Assembly: GCA_045613925.1 (NCBI GenBank)
Contig: JAZLBV010000006.1
Span: 19,224 to 83,223 of the forward strand
Origin: Candidatus Enterousia sp.
Lineage (GTDB): Bacteria > Pseudomonadota > Alphaproteobacteria > Rs-D84
Direction of reading: 5' to 3'
DNA length: 64,000 nt
How positions within the stretch are numbered: the stretch's first letter is position 1; every line of letters starts with the position of its first letter. Shown piece after piece: positions 55,101-64,000 of this stretch. The position numbers and the translations under genes were made by a program. Under the pieces are notes generated by a model that worked only from the letters and a program-made list of their open reading frames with translations, did not search any database and had not been told where the DNA came from.

Positions 55101-56264
55101 AGCCAACAATTTCGCATAAACAAATGGTTTGAATAATTCCAAAGCCATTGTTTTTGGCAAACCAACCTGGTGCATACGAAGTGATGGTCCAGGTGTAATA
55201 ACACTACGTCCAGAATAATCCACACGTTTACCCAACATATTCATACGGAAACGTCCGGTTTTTCCACGTAAAGAATCAGATAAAGATTTCAATGGACGAC
55301 GATTCTGAGAAACCATTGGACGCGCTTTGTGTCCGTTATCAAATAACGAATCAACAGCTTCTTGCAACATGCGTTTTTCGTTACGAACAATAATTTCAGG
55401 TGCATGCATTTCCATAAATCTTTTCAAACGATTATTACGGATAATCACACGACGATATAAATCGTTCAAATCAGACGCAGCAACGTGTCCAGCATCCAAA
55501 GTAACCAATGGACGCATATCTGGTGGAATCACAGGCAAAACATCCGGCAACATCCACGCTGGTTCTGTTTTAGAATCTAAGAATGATTCAACCAATTTCA
55601 ATTGTTTGATGATTGATTTGCGTTTTGCTTCGGATTTTGTTTCGGCCAATTCAGCACGCAAACGTGTTCTTTCATCACCCATATCAAGATTTGCAATAAT
55701 AGAACGAACGCCTTCTGCGCCAATACCAACATGGAAAGCATCTTCGCCAAATTCTTCAATTGCAGCCTGGTATTCATCTTCGCTGATAACGTCATATTGT
55801 TTCAAACTGGTCAAACCTGGTTCAGTTACAATATACGCATCATAAGAGATAACCTGTTCCAATTTCTTTTGTGGTAAATTGTTCAACAATGTGGCAATTT
55901 TACCTTCGCGTAAAAACCAAGTATGTGCTACAGGAATTGCCAATTTGATATGTCCCATACGTTCACGACGCACAGTAGACGAACCAACTTCGACCCCACA
56001 ACGTTCACAAACAACACCACGGAATTTAATACGTTTATATTTTCCGCATGCACATTCGTAATCTTTCACAGGTCCGAAAATTTGCTGACAGAATAAACCT
56101 TCTGCTTCTGGTTTCAAGGAATGATAATTGATGGTTTCTGGTTTTTTCACTTCGCCGTGCGACCAAGACAGAATTTCTTCTGGGGACGCAATAGAAATAC
56201 GCAAAGCATCAAATTGTTCCTTGGTTTCTATTTGTCCAAATATCTTTTGCAACATATTTGTCAT
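52158..56264 (-). CDS. rpoC: DNA-directed RNA polymerase subunit beta'
   Basis: 1368 aa with NADFDGDQM catalytic motif and the typical N-terminal Zn-binding CxCGKY region. Confidence 0.97.
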   Translation of the reverse strand: MTNMLQKIFGQIETKEQFDALRISIASPEEILSWSHGEVKKPETINYHSLKPEAEGLFCQQIFGPVKDYECACGKYKRIKFRGVVCERCGVEVGSSTVRRERMGHIKLAIPVAHTWFLREGKIATLLNNLPQKKLEQVISYDAYIVTEPGLTSLKQYDVISEDEYQAAIEEFGEDAFHVGIGAEGVRSIIANLDMGDERTRLRAELAETKSEAKRKSIIKQLKLVESFLDSKTEPAWMLPDVLPVIPPDMRPLVTLDAGHVAASDLNDLYRRVIIRNNRLKRFMEMHAPEIIVRNEKRMLQEAVDSLFDNGHKARPMVSQNRRPLKSLSDSLRGKTGRFRMNMLGKRVDYSGRSVITPGPSLRMHQVGLPKTMALELFKPFVYAKLLAGDYANTLKTARKMVENGEDIVWEILEKVIYQHPVLLNRAPTLHRLSLIAFEPVLIEGKAIRLHPLVCKGFNADFDGDQMSVHVPISLEAQLEARTLMLSTNNVLSPANGEPMTVPSQDMVLGVYYISLINGEHDEKKSPRFANMDEVMLALENKTITLHTPIYARVKGQKYATTAGRMMLGELLPDGMPFDSVNKVMPVKEIKKLLAATYEACGDKAMILLADALKDTGFEQAVRSGISIGFDDIVVPSDKEAMIEKSEKAAAEIESQYQNGLLSSGERHNKLIDLWQHTTDELGDKAYASLGNTTGDNWNSIHMMALSGARGSKGQIQQLAGMRGMMQKPDGSIIEVPIISNFKEGLTMSEYFTSTHGARKGMSDTALKTASAGYLTRRLVDLALNTVITEHDCGTHEFITAKPVYQGSTLTVPLGDVVLGRTAAHDIVHPLTKDVIVKAGDLITKSAAKQINESGLPSVDVRSVLTCQSDGLCAKCYGMDLSRNALVHVGEPVGLIAGQSIGEPGTQLTLRTFHIGGIAEGGSESHFIEMPVAGTIKLENVNTITNSAGRVVVLSRNGKIAVVNKDGKEQFSCALPYASMLVVNEGDKVEKGQKVAEWDPYSNTIIAEKDGIVSFNDLIENVSYQEEVDSMTGIVSRKVINWKTNTKKALSPSIRLVDDKGNVISLGGKKIAEYLLPTYSTLNVSNGDKISAGDILARIPVQTKKTGDITGGLPRVEELLEIRRPANPALLAEIDGTIDLEDAKSKIIIRIEPTDGSAPVEYAVPKGTNLLVRSGDVVHKADKLVDGDPVPQDILRILGQKALAQFMVEQVQQVYRLQGVSINDKHIEILIREMTRRVEISDPGDTCFISGSVVDRVDFEEENARVARDGGKIAQATQVLVGLTRASLTSRSFISNAAFQQTTKVLVDAAISGSTDKLIGVNENLVVGRLIPIGTGAYVRRVREIAKEEEQAEKLAREGGNQQQLLDI

Positions 56265-56339
56265 TTGTATCTGCTCCTTTTACGTCACTAAAAGTGCCTT
56301 GTGGCCGGCGGGCGAATTTAATCGCCCGTGGCCGGGCCA

Positions 56340-59300
56340 CTAATCAATTTTTTTTGGGTTCAAAGCCAAGCCCAAACCACGCAATTCACGCACCAAAACG
56401 TTGAACGCTTCTGGGGTGCCGGTTTGAATATCAGTATTACCTGAAATAATCGCTTCGTACATCTTGTTTCTGCCGACAATATCGTCTGATTTCACAGTCA
56501 ACATTTCGCGCAACAAGTGTGCTGCACCGTGTGCCTCTAATGCCCAAACTTCCATTTCTCCGAGACGCTGACCACCCATATGTGCCTTTCCAGACAATGG
56601 CTGTTGCGTCACCAAAGAATAATTTCCAGTTGAACGAGCGTGAATCTTTTCATCAACCAAGTGATGCAATTTCATCATATACATCACGCCAACTGTCACA
56701 GGGCGGGCAAATTTTTCACCAGTAATACCATCATACAATGTAAATTGACCAGATTCTGGTAATTTAGCCAATTTCAACATAGCTTTGATTTCTTCTGGTG
56801 TTGCACCATCAAATGTCGGAGTTGCCATTGGAACACCATCTTTTAACAGCGCCGCTTCTGCACGAACATCTGTATCAGTCATTTTTTCCAATTTTTCGGC
56901 AACAGCTTTACCATAAATCTTGCCCATAATTGCACGCAAATCGTCAGTAACGGCGCGTTTTTGTTTAACTTCGTCCAAAACTTCACCGATTTGCTTACCC
57001 AAGCTACGTGCGGCCATTCCAAGGTGTGTTTCGAATATCTGACCGATATTCATACGACTTGGCACACCAAGCGGATTCAACACGATATCAACAGGTGTTC
57101 CATCTTCCATATGTGGCATATCTTCGATTGGAACCACCTTAGAAACGATACCTTTGTTTCCGTGGCGCCCAGCCATTTTATCACCTGGCTGCAATTTCAT
57201 TTTGTGTGCAATGTAAACTTTGACTTCTTTCAAGACACCAGCCGCCAAAGCAGTGCTTTCTGTAGCCTTAGCAATTTCAGCATCAGCACGTTCATTTAAA
57301 TCTTTCAATTTCAAAAGATGTTGTTCACGCAATTCATCAATTGTAGATTGAATTTCTTTGTTTGAAACGACCAATTTTTTCATATCTGCCGGTTTAATAC
57401 CTTCAAACACTTCTGCAGTCAATTTTTTACCTATAAACGGTTTCAAACTGCCAGAACCTGCAGAAATCGTTTGGTTTTCAGCCAACTGATAAACCTGGTC
57501 TGCAAAGCCTTTTTCGATGATAGAAGTTTCTTCATCACGGTCTTTGTTGATTTTTTCAATTTTCTGCAATTCAATCATTTGGGTTCTGTCGTCTTTCTTA
57601 ACACCATGACGAGTCAAAACATTAACGCCGATGACTGTTCCTTCTTCGTTTGGTCCAACCTTTAACGAAGAATCTTTAACGTTCAATGCCTTTTCACCAA
57701 AGATGTTACGCAAAAGTGCTTCTTCTGGGGTCAATAATGTCTCAGATTTCGGAGAAACACGACCAACCAAAATATCACCCTGTTTCACACGTGCACCGAC
57801 ATAGATAATACCGGATTCGTCCAGATTTTTAAGTGCTTCTTCACCGACATTTGGAATATCGCGCGTAAAGCTTTCTGGCCCCAATTGTGTATCACGCAAT
57901 TTGATTTCTTTTTCAACGATTTTAATAGATGTGTAAACATCATCACGTGAAATACGTTCAGAAATCACAATAGCGTCTTCGTAGTTATAACCACGCCACG
58001 GTACAAATGCGACCAAGACATTACGTCCCAATGCCAATTCACCGTAATTCATGGATGAACCGTCAGCGATAATGTCGCCCGCAGAAATTCTGTCGCCTAC
58101 GTGAACCAAAGGTTTCTGATGAATCAAAGTTTCACCGTTTGAACGACCAAATTTTTCAAGATTATAAATATCAACACCTGTCACGACATTTCTTGAATTC
58201 ATACATTTAACCACGATACGATTTGCATCCACAGATTCAACAATACCACTGTGTTTTGCAACCTTACCAGTACGGGAATCACGTGCCACTTCGCGTTCAA
58301 TACCTGTTCCAACCAATGGGGCATCAACACGCATTAATGGAACACCCTGACGTTGCATGTTTGATCCCATCAAAGCACGATTCGCGTCGTCATTAGCAAC
58401 AAACGGTATCAAACCAGTCGCAATAGACACAACTTGGCGCGGGGCCACGTCGATTAAATCGATTTCATCTTTTGGAACCATTGTAAATTCGCCGTCAACA
58501 CGCGCAGTCACCATGTCTTCTGCCAAAATACCAGCTGATGTTGTTGGGGTGTTTCCTTGGGCAATTTTGTGTCCCAATTCTTCATCTGCAGTCAAATATA
58601 CCATTTCATCGGTAATTTTGCTGTTTTTAACAACGTAATATGGTGTTTCAATAAATCCATAAGGATTCACACGCGCATATGCAGACAAGTGAGAAATCAA
58701 CCCAATATTTGCACCTTCGGGTGTATGAATTGGGCACAATCTACCATAATGTGTTGGATGAACGTCGCGGACGTCAATTCCAGCACGTTCACGATTCAAA
58801 CCACCAGGTCCCAAAGCAGATACAAGACGTTTATGTTCAACTTCGGCCAATGGGTTATAAGAATCCATAAACTGTGATAATTGTGATGTTCCTAAGAATT
58901 CAGCAACCAATGACATCAAAGGTTTTGCATTGATAACATCCTGAGGTTGCATAGTTGCAATGTTTGGCGATGTCAAACTTTCGCGTACCAATCTTTCAAT
59001 ACGCAACATACCTGAACGGAATGTTTGTTCAAACAATTCACCAACCGCACGAACACGACGATTAGACAAATTATCAATATCATCTATTACATCTTTGTGA
59101 TTGATAATATTCATCAAAGTCTTTAACACAGCCAAGAAATCTGCCTTGGTCAAAGTGCGTTCGTCTTCTGGTTTTTTACCAGAATCAATCTTCAAACGTT
59201 TGTTCATCTTGAAACGACCAACCGCAGACAAATCATAATATGCAGCATCAAAACCTTGGCGCAAGAACAAATTGATTGCCGCTTCTAATGTTGGACGTTC

Positions 59301-60476
59301 ACCAGGACGAACCAAATCATAAATCGCAATAAGCGCTTCTTCACGTGTAGCAGTTTTATCAGCCATTAATGTATTGCGCATATGTGCGGAAACGGTTGTA
59401 TTATCGATTGCAATCAAAGAAATGTTCTTTACACCCAATTTTTCCAATTCGTTCAGAACTTCTTCGGTTATTTCGGTACCTTCTGGGAATAAAACATCTT
59501 CGCCGTTTTTAATCGCACTAAATAAATATTCACCAATCAAAGAATCACGTTCCAGACCAAATGTCTTGGATTCAGATACAATTTTGGATAAACGTTTAGC
59601 AGTCAAACGATCACCCTTTGATGCCAAAACTTTTTTATCTTTTGGATTAATCAAATCGTAATTCAAACGATATTTATCCAATCCTTCGAAATCAGAGGTG
59701 TTGCCAACCCATAATTTGCCATCAAAAGATAAATTTATACGTTTATAGAAATTAGACAAAATTTCTTCTGGACTCATTCCGGCAATATTAGCCTTGCGCG
59801 GGTCAGCGGCAAATTTCTTTTCATCAGCAGCAGATGGTAAACAACGCAACAAAACTGTTGCAGGTATTTTACGTCTGCGATCTATACGGACATAAATAAT
59901 ACCTTTGGCTTCTTCAAAATCAATCCAAGAACCATGTTCTGGGATAATACGTCCAGTATAAGTTTCTGGATTTCCAGCAAGCTTAGCCTCTTTTGTTGTT
60001 CCAAATACCACACCTTGGGCACGATGCATTTGTGATACGACAACACGTTCCACACCGGCGGCTATAAAACTGCCACGTTCTGTCATCAAAGGAACGTCGC
60101 CCATAAATATTTCTTGTTCTTTGATATCGCGTAATGTTTTTTTGCCATCTTCTGCGACATCCCATAAAATCAATCTCAGCTTCAATTTCAGTTTGCTGGA
60201 ATATGTCATATTGCGCAGCATACATTCTTGCACATTATATACAGGTTTATCCAATGTATATTCAATGAATTCCAAATCTGCAATCCCTGCATAATCTTTG
60301 ATTGGGAACATAGATTTGAAAACATTTTGCAGCCCGATATTTTTTCTGTTTTCTGGGGCTACATCTGCCTGTAAAAAGTCTTTGTAAGAATTGTACTGAA
60401 TTTCAACCAAATCAGGAAGCGGAGTTTGCAAAAAACTTTTACCAAAAGATTTTCTAAGTTTCTGGATAACTGCCAT
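56340..60476 (-). CDS. rpoB: DNA-directed RNA polymerase subunit beta
   Basis: 1378 aa with conserved beta-subunit blocks (GPGGL, NMQRQ, GRHGNKG). Confidence 0.97.
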   Translation of the reverse strand: MAVIQKLRKSFGKSFLQTPLPDLVEIQYNSYKDFLQADVAPENRKNIGLQNVFKSMFPIKDYAGIADLEFIEYTLDKPVYNVQECMLRNMTYSSKLKLKLRLILWDVAEDGKKTLRDIKEQEIFMGDVPLMTERGSFIAAGVERVVVSQMHRAQGVVFGTTKEAKLAGNPETYTGRIIPEHGSWIDFEEAKGIIYVRIDRRRKIPATVLLRCLPSAADEKKFAADPRKANIAGMSPEEILSNFYKRINLSFDGKLWVGNTSDFEGLDKYRLNYDLINPKDKKVLASKGDRLTAKRLSKIVSESKTFGLERDSLIGEYLFSAIKNGEDVLFPEGTEITEEVLNELEKLGVKNISLIAIDNTTVSAHMRNTLMADKTATREEALIAIYDLVRPGERPTLEAAINLFLRQGFDAAYYDLSAVGRFKMNKRLKIDSGKKPEDERTLTKADFLAVLKTLMNIINHKDVIDDIDNLSNRRVRAVGELFEQTFRSGMLRIERLVRESLTSPNIATMQPQDVINAKPLMSLVAEFLGTSQLSQFMDSYNPLAEVEHKRLVSALGPGGLNRERAGIDVRDVHPTHYGRLCPIHTPEGANIGLISHLSAYARVNPYGFIETPYYVVKNSKITDEMVYLTADEELGHKIAQGNTPTTSAGILAEDMVTARVDGEFTMVPKDEIDLIDVAPRQVVSIATGLIPFVANDDANRALMGSNMQRQGVPLMRVDAPLVGTGIEREVARDSRTGKVAKHSGIVESVDANRIVVKCMNSRNVVTGVDIYNLEKFGRSNGETLIHQKPLVHVGDRISAGDIIADGSSMNYGELALGRNVLVAFVPWRGYNYEDAIVISERISRDDVYTSIKIVEKEIKLRDTQLGPESFTRDIPNVGEEALKNLDESGIIYVGARVKQGDILVGRVSPKSETLLTPEEALLRNIFGEKALNVKDSSLKVGPNEEGTVIGVNVLTRHGVKKDDRTQMIELQKIEKINKDRDEETSIIEKGFADQVYQLAENQTISAGSGSLKPFIGKKLTAEVFEGIKPADMKKLVVSNKEIQSTIDELREQHLLKLKDLNERADAEIAKATESTALAAGVLKEVKVYIAHKMKLQPGDKMAGRHGNKGIVSKVVPIEDMPHMEDGTPVDIVLNPLGVPSRMNIGQIFETHLGMAARSLGKQIGEVLDEVKQKRAVTDDLRAIMGKIYGKAVAEKLEKMTDTDVRAEAALLKDGVPMATPTFDGATPEEIKAMLKLAKLPESGQFTLYDGITGEKFARPVTVGVMYMMKLHHLVDEKIHARSTGNYSLVTQQPLSGKAHMGGQRLGEMEVWALEAHGAAHLLREMLTVKSDDIVGRNKMYEAIISGNTDIQTGTPEAFNVLVRELRGLGLALNPKKID

Positions 60477-60645
60477 TTTCTGAATCCTTTTTATTGTTCT
60501 CTTCTGTGTTTTGCAAACGAAAAAAGTTTATCACCTTTTACGCCTGTGTGCCCGCCAAAGATTTTTTCAACCCTGGCGGGCGGCGAAATTGCATAAAATG
60601 CAATTTAAATTTGAATCTTTCGATTCGTGTCAAATTAAATAGAAA

Positions 60646-61014
60646 TTATTTCATTTCTACTTTTGCACCAGCTGCTTCTAATGTAGCTTTCATTTTTTCA
60701 GCTTCATCTTTAGCAACGCCTTCTTTGACAGCTTTTGGTGCAGATTCAACCAAAGCTTTCGCTTCGCCCAAACCTAAACCAGTGATATCTTTAACAGCTT
60801 TGATAACAGCCAATTTGTTCGCGCCAGCATCTGCCAACACAACGTCAAATTCTGTTTTTTCTTCAGCTGCAGCACCGGCAGCAGGACCAGCAGCAACTGC
60901 AACAGCTGCAGCGGCGCTAACGCCCCAAGTTTCTTCCAATGCTTTGGACAATTCGACTGCTTCTTGAACAGTTAATTTTGACAATTCTTCAACTATTTTT
61001 TGAATATCTGCCAT
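60646..61014 (-). CDS. rplL: 50S ribosomal protein L7/L12
   Basis: An Ala-rich hinge, then [24 protein letters not shown]. Confidence 0.95.
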   Translation of the reverse strand: MADIQKIVEELSKLTVQEAVELSKALEETWGVSAAAAVAVAAGPAAGAAAEEKTEFDVVLADAGANKLAVIKAVKDITGLGLGEAKALVESAPKAVKEGVAKDEAEKMKATLEAAGAKVEMK

Positions 61015-61036
61015 TTCTTACTCCTTCGTGAGTTTT

Positions 61037-61516
61037 TTAATTTTGTTTCTTTCCATACTCTGCTGAAACACGTGCTAAACGTGATGCTGGTTCTATCAAT
61101 ATACGTGCGATAGTACCACGAATTTCCAACAAAGACGGAAGCTTGGATAATTGCACAATGCCGTTCACATCCAGAAGTTCTGCATCCATTTTACCGCCGA
61201 CAATAGTCAATTTTTGATGTTCTTCGGCGAATTTTGCCAAAACTTTGGTAACTGCCAACGCGTCAGTTGCAACTGCAACAGCTGTCGGACGTTTCATCAA
61301 TTCGGATACAGCTTCGAAATTAGTATCTTTCAATGCTAATTTCATAAGACGGTTTTTAACAACTTTAAACAAAGAAACCAATGGGCGTAATTCATTACGC
61401 AAGATTTCCATTTCTTTCACTGTTAAACCATGGTTTTCTATGACGAAAACACCGTCTGCTTCCTTCAAGGACGACTGCAACGCTGAAATCAAATCTGATT
61501 TTTCTTCGCGTCTCAT
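61037..61516 (-). CDS. rplJ: 50S ribosomal protein L10
   Basis: Position between rplA and rplL, with an L10-like sequence (GLTVKEMEILRNELR). Confidence 0.9.
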   Translation of the reverse strand: MRREEKSDLISALQSSLKEADGVFVIENHGLTVKEMEILRNELRPLVSLFKVVKNRLMKLALKDTNFEAVSELMKRPTAVAVATDALAVTKVLAKFAEEHQKLTIVGGKMDAELLDVNGIVQLSKLPSLLEIRGTIARILIEPASRLARVSAEYGKKQN

Positions 61517-61698
61517 CTTTATATATCCTTTTAAGCTTCTTTTGTTAAACTTTCCATCTGTGGTTTTTTTCCACGGGTGGGGCTTCGTTCCTGCCCCAAA
61601 GAAATTGTTCTTTGTCTATGATGGAAATTAAGTGATTTTTTTCACACCATCAGTCTTGGACAGAAATCTGTTTTTATGGTGGGAAAACCCACCATATA

Positions 61699-62373
61699 TT
61701 ATTTTACATCAACCTTAAGACCTGGGCCCTGGGTTGTCGCAACAGATGCACCCAAGATATATTGACCCTTAGCCGATGCAGGTTTAACCTTTTTCAATTG
61801 TTCAATCAATGCGTTTGCATTTTCGACCAATTTGTCTGTGGCAAAAGACATTTTACCAATCCCAGCGTGTATGATACCGTTCTTTTCAGCACGATATTCA
61901 ATCTGCCCCGCCTTAGCACTGGCAACAGCTTCTGCAACGTTGTTTGTAACCGTACCCAATTTAGGATTAGGCATCAAACCCTTTGGTCCCAAAACACGTG
62001 CAACCTTAGACATTTTTGGCATCATATCTGGTGTTGCAATAACACGGTCAAATTCCAAAAATCCATTTGCCACTTTGTCGATTAATTCTTCGCCACCAAT
62101 AACATCAGCGCCGGCTTTCTTGGCATCTTCTTGATTATTGACTGTGAATACAGCGACACGGACTTTTTTACCTGTGCCGTTTGGCAAAGATAACATACCA
62201 CGAATATTTTGGTCTGCTTTGGCCACATCAATACCCAATTTGACAGCGATTTCCAAACTTTCGTCGAATTTAGACGAACAAAAACCGCGCAATGTTTCAA
62301 TTGCATCAGACAAAGAATACACTTTGTTTGCTTCCAATGCGGACCAAGTTTTCTTTCTTTTTGTAATTTTCAT
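61699..62373 (-). CDS. rplA: 50S ribosomal protein L1
   Basis: DESLEIAVKLGIDVAKADQNIRG ... LPNGTGK ... GPKGLMPNPK. Confidence 0.95.
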   Translation of the reverse strand: MKITKRKKTWSALEANKVYSLSDAIETLRGFCSSKFDESLEIAVKLGIDVAKADQNIRGMLSLPNGTGKKVRVAVFTVNNQEDAKKAGADVIGGEELIDKVANGFLEFDRVIATPDMMPKMSKVARVLGPKGLMPNPKLGTVTNNVAEAVASAKAGQIEYRAEKNGIIHAGIGKMSFATDKLVENANALIEQLKKVKPASAKGQYILGASVATTQGPGLKVDVK

Positions 62374-62376
62374 AGC

Positions 62377-62808
62377 TTAGTCCTCCACCTTTACACCCAT
62401 AGAACGACATTGCCCCGCAACAATATTCATTGCAGATTCAATTGTTGAACAATTCAAATCAGGCATTTTGTTTTTTGCAATTTCTTCGATTTGCGCTTTG
62501 GTAATATTTCCAACAAAATCGCGACCTGGTTTCTTAGAGCCAGATTTTAATTTTAACGCTTTCTTAATATAATATGACACAGGTGGCAATTTCATAATAA
62601 ATTCAAAACTGCGATCTGTATAAACAGTTATAATGCAAGGAATCGGCATACCCGGTTCTTTGTCAGCTGTTTTGTCGTTAAATTGTTTACAAAATTCTGC
62701 GATGTTAACACCGGCAGCACCCAACGCAGGTCCAATTGGAGGCGCAGGATTCGCCTGTTTCGCAGGGACCACCAATTTGACAATCCCTTTTAATTCTTTC
62801 TTTGCCAT
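62377..62808 (-). CDS. rplK: 50S ribosomal protein L11
   Basis: [34 protein letters not shown]. Confidence 0.95.
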   Translation of the reverse strand: MAKKELKGIVKLVVPAKQANPAPPIGPALGAAGVNIAEFCKQFNDKTADKEPGMPIPCIITVYTDRSFEFIMKLPPVSYYIKKALKLKSGSKKPGRDFVGNITKAQIEEIAKNKMPDLNCSTIESAMNIVAGQCRSMGVKVED

Positions 62809-62902
62809 TTTTCACTCCATTTTTCAAAGGATGTTTTTTCATCCTAGTTAGTGTTGTGGTACGATGTGGCGCATCTACCACACTTTTATTAGTGGATTAC
62901 CA

Positions 62903-63448
62903 CTAAATTCTTTCAACCTGAGCAAAATCCAGTTCAACACTGGTTTCACGCCCAAACACCAAAATCGTAACTGTCATTTTTTGCTTAACATTATCAACAT
63001 TCGAAGCAATACCATTAAAGTTCGCAAAAGGCCCATCAATAACATGAACTTCTTGCCCTTCTTCGTATACAGTATCTTCTGTGACAACAGAGCCTTCTTC
63101 AACCTGTTTCAAAAGACGGCGCGCTTCAGCTTCTGTGATAGGAATTGGTTTTGGTTGATTTTTAACCTTTTGTCCCAAAAACATAACAACCTGAGGCATC
63201 AACTTAACCAAAGAAAACGTTTCGTTATTCATAACCATTTGAACAACAATGTATCCAGGAAAAAATTTCTTTTCTGTTTTTACACGCTTTCCAGCTTTTA
63301 CCTCTGAAACTTCGCGCGTTGGAACCAAAATTTCACCAAAATACGCATTTAATTTACGTTTATCAATTTGTTCGCGCAATTCACGCGCAACTTTGTCTTC
63401 ACACCCAGTATGAACATTGACAACAAACCATTGCATTTTTTCTTCCAT
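62903..63448 (-). CDS. nusG: transcription termination/antitermination factor NusG
   Basis: WFVVNVHTGCEDKV ... FPGYIVVQM ... KOW motif VIDGPFANFNG. The exact start (63448 or 63436) is uncertain. Confidence 0.9.
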   Translation of the reverse strand: MEEKMQWFVVNVHTGCEDKVARELREQIDKRKLNAYFGEILVPTREVSEVKAGKRVKTEKKFFPGYIVVQMVMNNETFSLVKLMPQVVMFLGQKVKNQPKPIPITEAEARRLLKQVEEGSVVTEDTVYEEGQEVHVIDGPFANFNGIASNVDNVKQKMTVTILVFGRETSVELDFAQVERI

Positions 63449-63469
63449 AGTATCTTTCCTTTGTAATAC

Positions 63470-63649
63470 CTAGAAAATCCAACCAACCAAAGCATTTAAA
63501 ATGCTGTCGACAACAAAAAAGAACAACGCAGCAAGAGCAGAAAATAACAATATCATACCCGTTGTATGAATAACGGTCTGACGATCAGGCCAAATTATTT
63601 TAAACCATTCCGAACGAACTGATTTGATAAATTGTATTACTTTTCTCAT
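63470..63649 (-). CDS. secE: preprotein translocase subunit SecE
   Basis: MRKVIQFIKSVRSEWFKIIWPDRQ followed by a single TM segment. The longer track ORF would overlap tRNA-Trp. Confidence 0.85.
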   Translation of the reverse strand: MRKVIQFIKSVRSEWFKIIWPDRQTVIHTTGMILLFSALAALFFFVVDSILNALVGWIF

Positions 63650-63688
63650 TAATTTTCCGATTTTATTCCATCTATGCCAGCGTTTCTT

Positions 63689-63762
63689 TGGCAGGGGCTG
63701 AAGGAATCGAACCCTCATCCGCGGTTTTGGAGACCGATATTCTACCGTTGAACTAAGCCCCT
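63689..63762 (-). tRNA. tRNA-Trp (anticodon CCA)
   Basis: Reverse complement AGGGGCTTAGTTCAACGGTAGAATATCGGTCTCCAAAACCGCGGATGAGGGTTCGATTCCTTCAGCCCCTGCCA. Confidence 0.95.
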
Positions 63763-64000
63763 CTATCTCATTTTATGCATCTGCCCCCATAAAAACACCC
63801 CAGCATTTTGCCTTTGTTATACTGATAATCGGTGCAAGCATAGCACACCAATACCAAAAATCAAGCGGAAATATTATAATATGTTAAAAAATTTATGGCA
63901 AGCAAAAAAGTTTATGTTTCTATTACAATAAACACACAAAATATTTTTTACAAAATTGTCATTTTTATATTATTTTTTGCTTGCGCTGGGTTAGTAATTT

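Noticed and set aside
56265-56339. GC-rich hairpin (ggccggcgggcga-attta-tcgcccgtggccgg) in the rpoB-rpoC spacer, and a similar gcccgcc...ggcgggc hairpin between rplL and rpoB (about 60545-60580).
   Set aside because: These are probably ordinary attenuator or processing structures known from rplKAJL-rpoBC operons in other bacteria, with nothing unusual visible. I did not list them as features because their function is only inferred.
52158-60476. Numerous 60-170-aa ORFs on the plus strand inside rpoC and rpoB, and similar antisense ORFs inside clpB, mscS, plsX, ldh, U32, rplL, rplA and the 14434 gene.
   Set aside because: They are shadow ORFs antisense to, or out of frame with, strongly supported long genes. 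They lack independent signals and have compositionally biased translations.
61517-61698. rplJ (L10) leader as an autoregulatory element.
   Set aside because: It is expected from established knowledge, and one hairpin is visible (atggtggg-aaaa-cccaccat, 61676-61695). I could not verify the L10-leader consensus fold by eye.
1-64000. Search for CRISPR arrays, rRNA genes, IS elements, transposases, integrases and prophage structural genes.
   Set aside because: I recognised no regularly spaced direct repeats, no rRNA-like conserved segments, and no DDE, tyrosine-recombinase or serine-recombinase motifs in any ORF translation. The fibre-like genes are the only phage-reminiscent content.

Overview
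AT-rich bacterial chromosomal window using the standard genetic code. Sec-type signal peptides and beta-barrel proteins ending in Phe indicate a diderm. The right third is the canonical minus-strand block tRNA-Trp, secE, nusG, rplK, rplA, rplJ, rplL, rpoB, rpoC, followed by rpmF and plsX. The rest mixes housekeeping genes (rpsU, rpmB, N-domain-less clpB, lgt, glyQS, proS, ihfA, hemW, mraZ, ldh, an olsB/olsA-like pair, six tRNAs) with many secreted, outer-membrane or Cys-rich hypothetical proteins. The OlsB/OlsA pair, the short ProRS and the gene order suggest an alphaproteobacterium-like, possibly host-associated lineage; this is inference only. The stand-out locus is 8.6-10.5 kb, a diversity-generating-retroelement (DGR) type reverse transcriptase. 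Upstream of it lies a promoter-driven, GC-rich non-coding segment whose core carries an AAC-codon-rich template-repeat signature. Between that segment and the RT sits a 108-aa ORF that is not Avd-like. I found no cognate variable repeat anywhere in the 64 kb. Directly downstream is an array of six independently promoted and terminated, signal-peptide-bearing, tail-fibre-like paralogs. Other items worth a second look: (1) a riboswitch-like leader with mutually exclusive terminator and anti-terminator pairings upstream of a lipoprotein gene; (2) a small islet beside tRNA-Ser holding a Ser/Thr kinase with one in-frame TAG, a Zn-ribbon plus PD-(D/E)xK nuclease-like protein and a duplicated tRNA 5' half; (3) a tandem ACP-like protein lacking both phosphopantetheine serines; (4) a secreted Tlde1/YkuD-like protein; (5) an orphan mraZ; (6) a recurrent extended -10 promoter motif (TGnTATAAT). 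No CRISPR array, rRNA, transposase or integrase was seen.
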